64,000 bases of DNA. Source: a virus. The stretch lies in the IMG/VR virus record IMGVR_UViG_3300034520_000378. One strand, 5' to 3'. This document shows positions 19,559 through 29,508 of this stretch, piece by piece. How positions within the stretch are numbered: position 1 is the first letter of the stretch; the number at the start of each line of letters is the position of its first letter. The notes under the pieces are model-generated. The model was given only the letters and a program-made list of their open reading frames with translations, had not been told where the DNA came from and made no database searches. Position numbers and translations under genes: made by a program.

Positions 19559-20605
19559 TTAGAATATCAGTATTCTTGCAACACCAGCAGCACCGACATA
19601 GTCCCAACCGGGAGGTGTGCCAAGATAGTCAGTGCTGGTCTGAGCTATGACATATCCGTTGAGGTCCTGTCCAGCAGGCCATGGCAATGTAATAGTCACA
19701 GTCGCTTTTTCGTAATCAACGCTGAACTGGCTGGATGGCAGTTCCATACCAGCTACATACACTTTCACAAGGCCGTTGAACACAATGCTTCCAAGATTGA
19801 CAGTATAAGTCGTCTGGCCCATTGGAATAGTGAACGGCACCCTTGTGGAGCCTCTGTAGGCGCCATCAGTCAGACCGGGCATCCCCACAGGTGTATACTT
19901 GCTCGCCTCTACGCCGTCTCTGTAGCGCGGATCATATGGATACCCGTTTTCACCGGGTACAGCGTTTTGTGCAAAGTCAGGTTCAGGATAGAGCTCTTTC
20001 TTGGTCGCATCATCGAACATTACCCACTTGAACAAGCCCCATGGCTCTTTCTCGTCCTCAATTGCGATTACCTGGCCAACAACTGTCAGTGGATTGGTAC
20101 CATCATACTTGGTGAGGTGCCCTTTGTTGGCAGGATCCTTGGATACCATTACGTAGTCGCCAACGTTGAGACGGTTGTTTTCATCAATGTCATGTATTGC
20201 GCCGTACTTCACCAAAGCACAGTCGTCAGCCTTGGGGATATAGGGCAGCTCGATGTATGCCTGACGTATGAAGCTGGGCTCGTTGCCCACCATCTGATCA
20301 GGATACTTCTTGCAGATATTGTAGGGAGCAATTCCCACGTATGGCTTGTTGCCGTCAGCAATCGTAAGAACGGTCTTCTTAATGCCTGTCTCAGGATCGA
20401 CCGTTCTACCGTTTATAGCGACGGCTGTACCTTTGGGAATCACTACTTCCCTGTAACCAGGGAATCCGAATGGGTTTTCAAACAGAACAGGTAAGCTGGG
20501 GTCGGCTATGAAGCTTTCAGCGGGACTCTCGATCCCTGATACAACAAGCCTCGCGTTAGCCGTCCTGTCTTTAAGCCGATAGTCCATTTTGGGCATCAGT
20601 GCCAT
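19559..20605 (-). CDS. Putative capsid decoration/cement protein
   Basis: VVIPKGTAV..VVGQVI motifs; lies between scaffold and MCP. Confidence 0.55.
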   Translation of the reverse strand: MALMPKMDYRLKDRTANARLVVSGIESPAESFIADPSLPVLFENPFGFPGYREVVIPKGTAVAINGRTVDPETGIKKTVLTIADGNKPYVGIAPYNICKKYPDQMVGNEPSFIRQAYIELPYIPKADDCALVKYGAIHDIDENNRLNVGDYVMVSKDPANKGHLTKYDGTNPLTVVGQVIAIEDEKEPWGLFKWVMFDDATKKELYPEPDFAQNAVPGENGYPYDPRYRDGVEASKYTPVGMPGLTDGAYRGSTRVPFTIPMGQTTYTVNLGSIVFNGLVKVYVAGMELPSSQFSVDYEKATVTITLPWPAGQDLNGYVIAQTSTDYLGTPPGWDYVGAAGVARILIF

Positions 20606-20643
20606 TTCCGTTACTCCTCCTTATCTTGAGTGTTCATAGATGT

Positions 20644-21741
20644 TTATCTGCTGCTAAGCAGCTTTAAGAGTGCAGCTTCTAGGTCCTTAATGGTATACTT
20701 GTTTTCGTCTTGGGCTGCAGCCTTTTCCTCGACTACACCCTCGCCACCCGGGCACTGTACAGACTCGGTCTGCCGCGGTTCCGTGTGAAGCTTGGCTGAA
20801 AGCTTCAGTATCTCACCGCGCAGCTCTTTGGCGCTCATTTCAGCAGCCTTTTGCTCAGCCTCATCAGCTGTGCCGCAAAGCCCGGATGCAACAGCAAGGT
20901 CTGCATAGTGGTGCACAAGCTCTTCACGCAGGATCCTGGCAAGCTCAACGCTCTGCTCAACAACGGCAGTCAGTTTGCCCTGTGATTCCTCAACTGCCGC
21001 TTTCACTGCTTCAAGCTGCTGCTTCAGCTCTTCAATCTGACCCTTGAGCTCACCTACAGCGTCCTGCGTCTCCTCATTAGCCTGTACAACCTCCGTGCTC
21101 TCCTCCTTGTTCTCCACTGGTTCCTCAAAGGCCTCAACAATCTCTTCAATGAGTTCCATCTTTTCCATTGCAACCTCCCCATTTCTCCTATTACATATAC
21201 TACCGGCATCGCTGAGTTTTACAGCATCCATACTTTCCTGCGTTTTCTCCTCCGCAGTTTTAATGTCTATGATCTGCGCGTATGGATCTGCCGGGTAGTT
21301 GACGAACGACACTTCAACATGCTCGCCAATCTTTGCTATCCAGTAACAGAGCTTGCCGTCATATACACGGCCTTTCCTGTGCTCGCACGGTGTGCCCTGC
21401 GCCCAGTCATTCTTACAGATAGAGCACACGGCACTGGTTATCGTGGTGCCAATACTCAGGGTGTGGTACCGCCCGTCCTCTATCTTCTTTTGCGCATCAG
21501 GGTCGGTTATATTCAGCGTTAGCTCGGCGCAGTAGCTGTTCATCTTGAGGGAGCTCTTTCTAAAGCGCGCTCCAACAACCCTTCCCACGGGCTCGCTGTC
21601 AAGGTTGTGATGCGTCAGCACGGGCTTATTGTACGGCTCAGTCCAGGTGCTAAGTGCACGCTCAAGCTCTGCACGTGGATAGAAGTTGAAGTTTCCCGTC
21701 ATGCCGGAATGAATGGCCTCAGCAACCACAATCAGCGCCAT
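20644..21741 (-). CDS. Prohead protease-scaffold fusion
   Basis: PVLTHHN..PVGRV..GRYHTLSIG..CSIC..CEH..EVSFVNYPAD followed by an acidic coiled coil; RBS favours ATG 21741. Confidence 0.75.
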   Translation of the reverse strand: MALIVVAEAIHSGMTGNFNFYPRAELERALSTWTEPYNKPVLTHHNLDSEPVGRVVGARFRKSSLKMNSYCAELTLNITDPDAQKKIEDGRYHTLSIGTTITSAVCSICKNDWAQGTPCEHRKGRVYDGKLCYWIAKIGEHVEVSFVNYPADPYAQIIDIKTAEEKTQESMDAVKLSDAGSICNRRNGEVAMEKMELIEEIVEAFEEPVENKEESTEVVQANEETQDAVGELKGQIEELKQQLEAVKAAVEESQGKLTAVVEQSVELARILREELVHHYADLAVASGLCGTADEAEQKAAEMSAKELRGEILKLSAKLHTEPRQTESVQCPGGEGVVEEKAAAQDENKYTIKDLEAALLKLLSSR

Positions 21742-23356
21742 GCGGAATCCCTCTCCTTTCTCCGGCAACCTTTTTATACGCCGCCTCAACTGCGGTATCG
21801 ATATCCATACCTTCTCCTTTGACAAGGGACTCTATCAGTACAAGGGCTGCTTCTTTAGCAACCTCAGGCGCATCGTCACCGTAAACGCTCGCCCGCTCGC
21901 ACACGTCAATCATCAGCTCTGCAGGCGATACGGCTTCTTCCGCCTTGCCCTTTCTGCCCGGCTTGCCAGGAGCGCTGGGCGTGGTCTGCGGCTGCGTCCG
22001 TGTAACCACATCGCTGGGCGATACAGCCACCTTCTTGCCCGTAGACTGGGCGACGGGTATCGTCACCAGGTTGTAGAACAGCTTTGCACGGTCAGTTATC
22101 GGATCCCGGCCCAGCTCTGCGCGCATCTCGTCTTCGGTGATACAGTTGGTAATGTACTGGTATATGATGTGGTTCTCGTACTTGATCTTCATGTCAAGGT
22201 CTATCTCGCGGAACCTGAAATAGACAGCGTCCTTGGGATTGAGCAGCGGGTCATATCCGCCCTCCATAAGCAGTTCCTTGATGATAAACTCGTTGATGAA
22301 CGATTCCATAACCCTCTGCATTGCTTTGACGGTCTCGCGCAGGTCAAAATACTGCGACTCGGCCGTTGCACGGCTGGCGGAACCGCTGCGTCCCATAACC
22401 GTCTCGGAAACACCCAGCCCGGTAAATACCCTCTGTTCGAAATACCTCAGGTAATTGTTAGCGTCTATCACGTTGTCAAGAGCTATGGGTACTATCTTGT
22501 GCCTTTCCGTAGTGACCAGGCCCGCTTCAAGGTCCATGTTCTCTATCATCTGCTTGGCTGCCTGTACCTCTTCATCCGTACCGCCATACCCCTCACGGTC
22601 AAGCCCTATAATGTGATGCAGGAACGGGTAGAGGTTGCGGTATATCAGCTTGAGGACATTCTCTTCAACCTGCCTTAAGGCGTTGATGTCCTCAATAACG
22701 GATACAAGGTACGGCATTGCAAAGACCTGGTTTTTGTCACGCTTGTAGTAAAAGTGGACAACGTCTTCAGGTTTCAGCTCAAGCGGTTTGGTATTACCCG
22801 GGAAATTGACCACCCATTTGTACACGTTTCCCGCGCTATCACGCTCAATCTGGACATAGTTCAGATTAACAGGGAAGTAGCCAACAACCGGCTGCTTGCC
22901 ATTGATGCCGCGAACCACAAGCCCTTTAGGCCAGGTAATGTTCTTCCTGACCTTTATCACAACGGCGTTTGAATACTTGACAAGATCCTCGGCTATCTCA
23001 ACAAACAGCTGGTTGGTAGGGATCCTGGTCATTTCAGCTATCAGCTTGAGCCGCTTGTTGATATAATCCACTATCCGTGGATTGTCGCCTATGAAATCCC
23101 AGCCGGCCTTGAACATCAGCTCTATGTGCTTGTCAACCGCCCGACGCACAAACGCCTCGTTCTTGTACAAAGCGTCAATCCTGGCTATATCAAAGTCTAC
23201 CGGGGTGAGCTCGCGGTCAAAGTCCTGCTTGCGCCCCGGAATCAGCTCGATCCGCGCTATCGGGTCACGCTGCGTTTTCTTCGGCTCAGGAGCCGGCTGT
23301 TCGTGTACTCTAACATCCCTATTCAAGAACGCTTTAATCGCATTAGCTATCCTCAA
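21719..23356 (-). CDS. Portal protein
   Basis: 545 aa; VRRAVDK, DVVHFYY, GLGVS..MG, ITEDEMRAELGRDP; upstream of the protease gene. Confidence 0.8.
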   Translation of the reverse strand: MRIANAIKAFLNRDVRVHEQPAPEPKKTQRDPIARIELIPGRKQDFDRELTPVDFDIARIDALYKNEAFVRRAVDKHIELMFKAGWDFIGDNPRIVDYINKRLKLIAEMTRIPTNQLFVEIAEDLVKYSNAVVIKVRKNITWPKGLVVRGINGKQPVVGYFPVNLNYVQIERDSAGNVYKWVVNFPGNTKPLELKPEDVVHFYYKRDKNQVFAMPYLVSVIEDINALRQVEENVLKLIYRNLYPFLHHIIGLDREGYGGTDEEVQAAKQMIENMDLEAGLVTTERHKIVPIALDNVIDANNYLRYFEQRVFTGLGVSETVMGRSGSASRATAESQYFDLRETVKAMQRVMESFINEFIIKELLMEGGYDPLLNPKDAVYFRFREIDLDMKIKYENHIIYQYITNCITEDEMRAELGRDPITDRAKLFYNLVTIPVAQSTGKKVAVSPSDVVTRTQPQTTPSAPGKPGRKGKAEEAVSPAELMIDVCERASVYGDDAPEVAKEAALVLIESLVKGEGMDIDTAVEAAYKKVAGERRGIPHGADCGC

Positions 23357-23436
23357 CGCAATCGCCGCCCTTCTTGTCCGGCTATTCCCTCCTCCCCAGC
23401 CCCTGCCGTACTGCCCTCAGTCGGAGAAGGTACGCT

Positions 23437-23754
23437 CTACTGTTTGTTCTCGATCTTCTGACGCAGGAGCTTGTAGAAGTCGTGCACAAAGTTGGAACCA
23501 CGGCTCACCACAAGCACGGCAACCAAATTCATAAGCAGGTTGTATCTATCATTGTCAAAGGGCCTAAGCGGTGATACAACAACGAACAAGAGCACGCTTA
23601 CTACAAGCGCAATGAGCCTTTTGGCATCCGCATTGAGCTGGGCACGCACTTTCTCCGGTAAGTTTTCCTTGATTATCTCGGTGACTATCTCAACGATGAA
23701 CGCTGCAAGAACAAGGTACGAAGAGTAGTCTAACAGAACGGAAAAGTCAAACAT
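23437..23754 (-). CDS. Putative holin
   Basis: 105 aa, three hydrophobic segments, SRGSNFVHD motif, basic C-terminus. Confidence 0.65.
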   Translation of the reverse strand: MFDFSVLLDYSSYLVLAAFIVEIVTEIIKENLPEKVRAQLNADAKRLIALVVSVLLFVVVSPLRPFDNDRYNLLMNLVAVLVVSRGSNFVHDFYKLLRQKIENKQ

Positions 23755-23768
23755 CTATGTGCGCCTCC

Positions 23769-24086
23769 TTATTCCCTCTCTGACATAATAGGCTCTTCAG
23801 TCGGAATACTATCAACAGATGTTCTCTTGCGTCCGCCCGCCCACGGCAGCGGTAGATGCCCAATCGCCTTACCGCCAACCGCGATCAACAGCGGATAGCT
23901 CAGTACCGTGAAAAAGTCAACCTGCACCGGACTTAGACTTTCCGACAGCGCCAGCCTAATAGCTACATACATCCAAACAGGGAGGATGAGTATAACAACA
24001 ACGTCGGCTAGGCTGAGACCGTCGTCGTCCGCCCAAAAACCCTTCTCAATAACCGACATTGCCTTGTGTGTAAACATCTTAAGCAT
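23769..24086 (-). CDS. Small membrane protein (holin-like)
   Basis: Two hydrophobic helices; adjacent to the putative holin. Confidence 0.5.
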   Translation of the reverse strand: MLKMFTHKAMSVIEKGFWADDDGLSLADVVVILILPVWMYVAIRLALSESLSPVQVDFFTVLSYPLLIAVGGKAIGHLPLPWAGGRKRTSVDSIPTEEPIMSERE

Positions 24087-24456
24087 TAGAGCAGCACCCC
24101 AAGGAAACAGGTATAGGTCTTTTGATGTGCACCATGTTCGCTATGCAGTCATCACCCAACTTTGAAATGATATAGCTACATGCGGCAACTGGATCGCAGT
24201 GCCTGCCGCATGTAAAACAGTCTACAGCTGCATAGCCGTACTCGGGATATGTATGGATCGAGATATGGCTTTCGGACAAAAGCAGTACGACTGAAACGCC
24301 TTGCGGCTCAAACTTCTCGTAGGCCTCACCCCGAATGGTGGCCCCGGCAGCCTGAGCCGCACACCGTAATATGTCCCTTATCATGTCTAGATTGTCCAGT
24401 ATCGCAGGATCCGCATTGTATATCTCACAGATGGAGTGTTTGCCGTGAACCTCCAT
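24079..24456 (-). CDS. speD: S-adenosylmethionine decarboxylase proenzyme
   Basis: G.H...E, F.PQGVS, LLSESHISIHTYPEYGYAAVDCFTCG (ES autocleavage site). Confidence 0.95.
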   Translation of the reverse strand: MEVHGKHSICEIYNADPAILDNLDMIRDILRCAAQAAGATIRGEAYEKFEPQGVSVVLLLSESHISIHTYPEYGYAAVDCFTCGRHCDPVAACSYIISKLGDDCIANMVHIKRPIPVSLGCCSNA

Positions 24457-24589
24457 TCGGAGCTACACCTCCCCATGCTACGTTTCCATCAATTGTATTC
24501 AAAGGCCCACCGCCTTGCGGTTCGGGTAAAGGCCGAACAGCAAAGGACAGGTGAGCGCGATCCACTCTGTATGTACATGCGCTAGTTAA

Positions 24590-24793
24590 CTAGCAGCACA
24601 CGTTTGCTACGTACTCTACACCGTCCTCGTCCTGGTCTATGCTAAAGATGATCCAATCCTTGTCAGCTAATACAGTGTGCACATCATATCGTACTTCGGG
24701 GTTAGCAAGGCAAACGAATTCGCTGCCTTGCAGTTCAAACACCAGCACAGCGTCACGCCTAACGTCTCCAACATAGATTGCTCTGGTTCGCAC
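24590..24793 (-). CDS. Hypothetical protein
   Basis: 67-aa ORF with AGGGTG RBS. Confidence 0.45.
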   Translation of the reverse strand: MRTRAIYVGDVRRDAVLVFELQGSEFVCLANPEVRYDVHTVLADKDWIIFSIDQDEDGVEYVANVCC

Positions 24794-24813
24794 GATAGAT
24801 CACCCTGGTATGA

Positions 24814-24942
24814 CGAGGCAGGCTGGGATTTGCACCCAGCATGGTGGCCTTTCCGCTGCCACCTCGGGGCTTATACCAAGCAGTGGGCAGGAGCCTTGCG
24901 GTCCTCCACATCCCTAGCGTTTACCTATTCCGCCACTGCCTC
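24814..24942 (-). ncRNA. tRNA-like RNA with the anticodon arm replaced by a branched domain
   Basis: Acceptor GAGGCAG/CTGCCTC, Leu-type D arm GCG-GAATAGGTAAA-CGC, T arm GCTGG-GTGCAAATC-CCAGC, long variable arm GGTGGC/GCCACC; no 7-nt anticodon loop. Confidence 0.75.
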
Positions 24943-25020
24943 GAAAGTTTGCTTTAAGAAGCATTAAAGCCGGCCCCGGAATACCGTGACCGTGAACTCC
25001 TTCTACACATGGTAGATGAG

Positions 25021-25953
25021 CTATTTCCCGCATAAAGCCGCGGACGGATATGCGGTTACAAATCCATATCCAGTGTATCTATCAAGCCCTGTTTTCCCTA
25101 TGTCAACGGTCATAAGCCTTGTAATAGTCTTAAGCTCGCCGGCTGTAGGCTTGCGTCCTGTGCGCTTCACGAACTTCTCTATTACGCACGCTGCAAAGGC
25201 CGCCACATGCGGACAGGCCATAGATGTGCCGCTCATGTTTGCATAACTGGAGTTGATATAGGTTGATACAATGTCTTCACCCGGTGCGGCTACCTCTACG
25301 TGGTCGTTTGTGTTTGTGAAATAGCACGCTGCAAAGTTGTGCTTTATCGCACCAACGGAAAGCGTCTCGGGATACGCCGCCGGATAGTCAAGCTCAATAG
25401 TGCTGTCATTGCCATCACCGGAATTTCCTGCTGCACACACAACAAGCATGCCGCTTGCAAAGGCCTTTCTCACAGCAGCGGCAAGCAAAGGATGATGATC
25501 AGGCCCGCCAAGGCTCATGTTTATAACATCCACCTTTTCGCCGTTAGGCCCGCGCCAGTTGACAGCATAGTCAAGCGCACGAATCACCCTGTCGGTACTG
25601 CACTGGCCACTGGCGTCAAACACCTTGATTATGAGCAGCTTGGCGTCCGGCGCGCCACCTCTGATCCGTCCGTTTGCGGCTATTATCCCCGCAACGTGCG
25701 TTCCGTGTCCGTTCTCGTCCCTGATATCCGATATGCTCTGTCCATCCACCAGGTTCATACCACCAATGATATTGGCCTTTAGATCGGGATGGTTCACATC
25801 ACAGCCGGAGTCTATAACCGCTACTACTACGCCTTTGCCGCTGCACTCCTTCCACAGGTGCTGGAACCCCATGAGCTTTATGTTGTCGAAGGTGCTGTTC
25901 ACTGCCTCGAAAACGGTAAGCTCATGCGCTTGTACGTCAAAAAGCTGCATCAC
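25021..25953 (-). CDS. Subtilisin-family (S8) serine protease, intracellular type
   Basis: VAVIDSG, HGTHVAG, AAGN, GTSMACPHVA triad; no signal peptide. Confidence 0.95.
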   Translation of the reverse strand: MMQLFDVQAHELTVFEAVNSTFDNIKLMGFQHLWKECSGKGVVVAVIDSGCDVNHPDLKANIIGGMNLVDGQSISDIRDENGHGTHVAGIIAANGRIRGGAPDAKLLIIKVFDASGQCSTDRVIRALDYAVNWRGPNGEKVDVINMSLGGPDHHPLLAAAVRKAFASGMLVVCAAGNSGDGNDSTIELDYPAAYPETLSVGAIKHNFAACYFTNTNDHVEVAAPGEDIVSTYINSSYANMSGTSMACPHVAAFAACVIEKFVKRTGRKPTAGELKTITRLMTVDIGKTGLDRYTGYGFVTAYPSAALCGK

Positions 25954-25998
25954 TATGTACCCTCCAAACCCCAGCCTGCTAGTGAGAAGAAGTTAACA

Positions 25999-26028
25999 AC
26001 CAGCCATGCAGCATTAGCTGCATGGCTG
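25999..26028 (-). terminator. Perfect 13-bp hairpin, probable terminator or processing signal
   Basis: CCAGCCATGCAGC-ATTA-GCTGCATGGCTGG followed by a T-rich run on the minus strand. Confidence 0.6.
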
Positions 26029-26045
26029 GCCGCTGTAAGCTATTA

Positions 26046-27446
26046 TCAGGCGTTAATGTAGTACCAGAATGTCACTTTGTCGCCGGGCTGCAGAACTTCA
26101 GGAGTGAAGTCTACACCGCGACCGTCAGGCAGCTCAGCGTAGTTGACGCCTTCCTCCTGCAGTACACCGTTGAGGAACACACAGAGGCTTCCGTTGCCAG
26201 GAGTAAATGCAGGTTTTTCTGCCGGTATGTTGACAACAGAGGATTCTGCATCGATAGGGACGGTAAACTTGTAGAAAGACCACTTGTGGGCATTGTAGTC
26301 GGCAGTTAAAGCATTGATCTGGTTCTGGAGGTTCTGGTCAGCAGCCTGGCGAGCAGAAGCTTCGCTGTCAATAGCAGCCTGCAGGTCAGCTTCAGCTTGC
26401 TGTGCACGGGATGTTTCCGCAGCTATAGCAGCATCTATTGCATCAAGCCTTGCATCGAGGTTTGCATATTCGCCGCGTGCAGTCGCTATTTCAGCTTCAA
26501 CAGCATCCAGTCTCGCATCTAACGATGCAAGGCTGAGCCCGCTGTCGCCACCCCCGACAAGGTTGGCTATGTCATTCTTCAATTCGAGCAGTGCGGCTTC
26601 AACAGTGGTTGCCTGGAACTTACCTTCTACGTCAGCTATACCAATGAGCGATGCGCCTTTTCCTGCCTCATTGGATGCAAGATCCGCATACAGGTTGGTT
26701 ATGGCTTGCTGACGAGCATTAGCCTCAGCGTCTATTCTGTCGCCTAATGCCTCTTCAGCAGCAGTGGCCCTTGTTATCTCCTCAGCCAACTGCTCGACCA
26801 GGGATTTGCTCAGGTTGGCGTTTCCGTCGCGATCAAGGCTGTACCCTGGACCGTAGAGGTCTTTGGCGAGCTGGACAATGTTCAGGTGAGCGGTAATATC
26901 AGCCGCGCCTTCGACGAACTTCTCGTTTGCTGCAAAAAGCTCGTCGACATCAGCCAAGTTAAACCTTCTTGCGTACTGGAAATCAATCTGTACGTCGGCA
27001 GCTGGTGCAAATGCTACCTCGGCCTGACTGTCAAAGTAGAAAAGCTGCAACTTGAACGCATTAGCGCTTTCGTCGAATATTACGCGCCCATATACCTCTT
27101 CACCGTTTGGGCCGTAAAGCGGCTCCCCCGTCTCAGCATTCCTTACCGCTGCCTTGTTCTTTGGGGCGTCGATTATGACACCTTCGACGTTGATGTCATT
27201 AGACCCGGTCTTGGGATCGGATGCAGGAATTATCCCTACAGCAGTGAGGTTTACTTCGCTTGCCCCTGCAGCAACGGTTACACCGCTTACCTGCACGAAG
27301 TCAATGAGCTTCCTGGTCTTCAGCGCTTCGTTGTAGTGTGCCGCCCAGTTGATGTCCAGGTTGTTTTCAACGATCTTTTCACCGATGTGCCTGTTGAGTA
27401 TCACACCGTCTTTGAGTTGTTCACCACGAAGTTTCATCAATGGCAT
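26046..27446 (-). CDS. Coiled-coil fibre-like virion protein
   Basis: 466 aa; repeated E..RA..AE..L...ID.EA.AR heptads, ARG.Y..L..RLD motif, C-terminal beta-sandwich repeat. Confidence 0.65.
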   Translation of the reverse strand: MPLMKLRGEQLKDGVILNRHIGEKIVENNLDINWAAHYNEALKTRKLIDFVQVSGVTVAAGASEVNLTAVGIIPASDPKTGSNDINVEGVIIDAPKNKAAVRNAETGEPLYGPNGEEVYGRVIFDESANAFKLQLFYFDSQAEVAFAPAADVQIDFQYARRFNLADVDELFAANEKFVEGAADITAHLNIVQLAKDLYGPGYSLDRDGNANLSKSLVEQLAEEITRATAAEEALGDRIDAEANARQQAITNLYADLASNEAGKGASLIGIADVEGKFQATTVEAALLELKNDIANLVGGGDSGLSLASLDARLDAVEAEIATARGEYANLDARLDAIDAAIAAETSRAQQAEADLQAAIDSEASARQAADQNLQNQINALTADYNAHKWSFYKFTVPIDAESSVVNIPAEKPAFTPGNGSLCVFLNGVLQEEGVNYAELPDGRGVDFTPEVLQPGDKVTFWYYINA

Positions 27447-27498
27447 ACTTCAATCATCCTCCCTGTTCTCGATAGTATCTACTCTTGACAAACCCGGC

Positions 27499-28299
27499 TT
27501 AGAACTTCACATCTACCACCTTTACCTGGCTGTACAGGTCTATCTTCACAAGACCCGTACGAACAGGAGGCATAGCCATCATGTCGGCGTATGACTCGGG
27601 CCAGTCAAGTAGGCTTCCTGTAATGATATAATACCTGCATGCCGTCTTTACGCTATCATCGGTGTCGTCTATCGTATAGACAGCTTCCTTGTGTACTTGA
27701 CGGTCGTGCAGGTGCCCCATCATGTAAATGTCCGCTTGAACAATGTCCCTTAGGTTGCGCAGTGCATTGAGCCTGCCGGATGGACTCCGCGCCGCGGAAC
27801 GTCCATGCACCGTCAAAACCTTGTAGGTGACATCGCCCACCACCCACTTGTGGAAGGCAGTATAGCCCAGGTACGGCACGCAAAGCGATTTGGCAAGCAT
27901 GTAAACAGGGTCCATGCCCGTGGCAAGCGTTGCACGCATCTCATGGTTTCCGGTGTGCAGGCCGAGCAGTTTGCCCGCCTGCGCAAGCGGGCGCAGCATC
28001 TCCTCAAGCCTCTCATACTGCTGCGGGAAATGGATGTCTTCCTCGTACATGCCAAGCCCAACAGAAGTGCGTGTAGCGTTCTCCATATAGTCGCCAAGAC
28101 CGATTGCATAGCAGTCTGGTGTGTTCATGATGTACGAGAGATACTGCCTTAAGAGAGGTGCGTTATGCTTGCGCGCACCGTAATGCAAATCCGTGATAGG
28201 CACTATGGATATCTTGTCGCTGTTGGTTTTGAATACCCGCACATTAAGCTGGGGCGCCTGAGTATGGGAGCCTAAAAACAGCTCAAGCTCTGTCTGCAT
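27499..28299 (-). CDS. Calcineurin-like metallophosphoesterase
   Basis: DLHYG, LGDYMEN, GNHE, HG, GHLH; AGGAG before ATG 28299. Confidence 0.9.
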   Translation of the reverse strand: MQTELELFLGSHTQAPQLNVRVFKTNSDKISIVPITDLHYGARKHNAPLLRQYLSYIMNTPDCYAIGLGDYMENATRTSVGLGMYEEDIHFPQQYERLEEMLRPLAQAGKLLGLHTGNHEMRATLATGMDPVYMLAKSLCVPYLGYTAFHKWVVGDVTYKVLTVHGRSAARSPSGRLNALRNLRDIVQADIYMMGHLHDRQVHKEAVYTIDDTDDSVKTACRYYIITGSLLDWPESYADMMAMPPVRTGLVKIDLYSQVKVVDVKF

Positions 28300-29495
28300 C
28301 AGCACACGTCTCCTTTCTTGCTTCCCATTATTGCGCCCACCATCCTGCACTGAGCTTTTCTCTGTTCCTCCGTCCCCGAAAAGTCCACCGCCGCAGCTAC
28401 GGCCTTGGCAAGCGTGACAAACTGCCTGATTCGCTTGCGCTGTAGTATGTTATCAAGCCGCTCCTGCAGCAGCAGTTCCTCCATCTTCTGCATCTTGTAA
28501 AGGTCAAGTATGGTCGTATCAAGCCCGACACTGATGCTCTCCAGCCCGTCAAGAAGGCACTCTGCTATAAACCTACCGGGCGACTCTAGATCGTTCGCGT
28601 CAATGGCATTGAGAAAACCGGCTGCTGAGGACACAGCCTTGCTTCGCAGTTCAAACAGCGCCATGGCTGACTGCTGCAGGCGCTTACAGGACTCCACACT
28701 GTCTATCCTCGCCTCACGCGCCATAATAGCCAGCCCTTTATCCGCCAGCTCGCCAAACGCGACACCAAGCGTGGTGATAATGTGCTGCACGGCATCAGCG
28801 CCACCGGACGCAAAACCCGCAGCCACGTGTCCCGCATCGCCGCCACATGAATCATCGATGGTAAGCCTAAAGACCTCCATGCCCTGCTCAACCGCATCCG
28901 CAAAAGCAAGCATGCGCTTGGTAATCTGAAACTTAAGCTGCGCTTCGTATGCCAGCGACAGCCTGTCTATCGAGCCGGGGTTTGTATACTCCATGTATGC
29001 CAGATTGGAGTAGTGCTCCTCTTCTTTCTCAGCAAGCCTTTGGGTATTGCCGCTGGTATCAAAAGCGGGGGCTATATTCTTCTGCACAAACTCCCTGAGC
29101 CACTCGGTCCGTCTCTTGATATCCTTAAGCAGGGCATATATTTCGGCGCCGCTCGAGCCTGATAGGTCGGCGCAGTTAAACTCCTCAAAGCGGTACACCG
29201 TCTCGTAATCCCCGCTTTCAACCGCCCTGTCATAGTCCTCAACAGACAATCCGTCAAACATCTTTCCCTTCAAACAGGAACGGATCTCTGCTGTGCCTTC
29301 GTCAATGAGGTCACAAAGCCAGTCCGCCATCGCAAGCAAATCGCTTGCGAGCACTGCGGACGCGTCAACCAGCTCTGACGGTAGCTCCACCTGGTCTACA
29401 GCCCTGCCTTTTTCTACCTGAACGCGGTACTCAAGCGCACGCTTGATGTCAAACCGCGGTGAGTATCGTATGTAATCATTTTCGTCGAACAACAA
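28299..29495 (-). CDS. Hypothetical alpha-helical protein
   Basis: 398-aa ORF directly downstream of terL. Confidence 0.6.
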   Translation of the reverse strand: MLFDENDYIRYSPRFDIKRALEYRVQVEKGRAVDQVELPSELVDASAVLASDLLAMADWLCDLIDEGTAEIRSCLKGKMFDGLSVEDYDRAVESGDYETVYRFEEFNCADLSGSSGAEIYALLKDIKRRTEWLREFVQKNIAPAFDTSGNTQRLAEKEEEHYSNLAYMEYTNPGSIDRLSLAYEAQLKFQITKRMLAFADAVEQGMEVFRLTIDDSCGGDAGHVAAGFASGGADAVQHIITTLGVAFGELADKGLAIMAREARIDSVESCKRLQQSAMALFELRSKAVSSAAGFLNAIDANDLESPGRFIAECLLDGLESISVGLDTTILDLYKMQKMEELLLQERLDNILQRKRIRQFVTLAKAVAAAVDFSGTEEQRKAQCRMVGAIMGSKKGDVC

Positions 29496-29508
29496 GCATC
29501 AACTCCTC

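Noticed and set aside
18289-22678. Long plus-strand ORFs (18289-19650, 19460-20494, 21713-22678) and similar ones elsewhere
   Set aside because: Antisense shadows of capsid, decoration and portal genes; no recognisable motifs.
24814-24942. Canonical tRNA-Leu/Sec or tmRNA
   Set aside because: No 7-nt anticodon loop, non-standard T loop, no G3.U70 pair or tag ORF.
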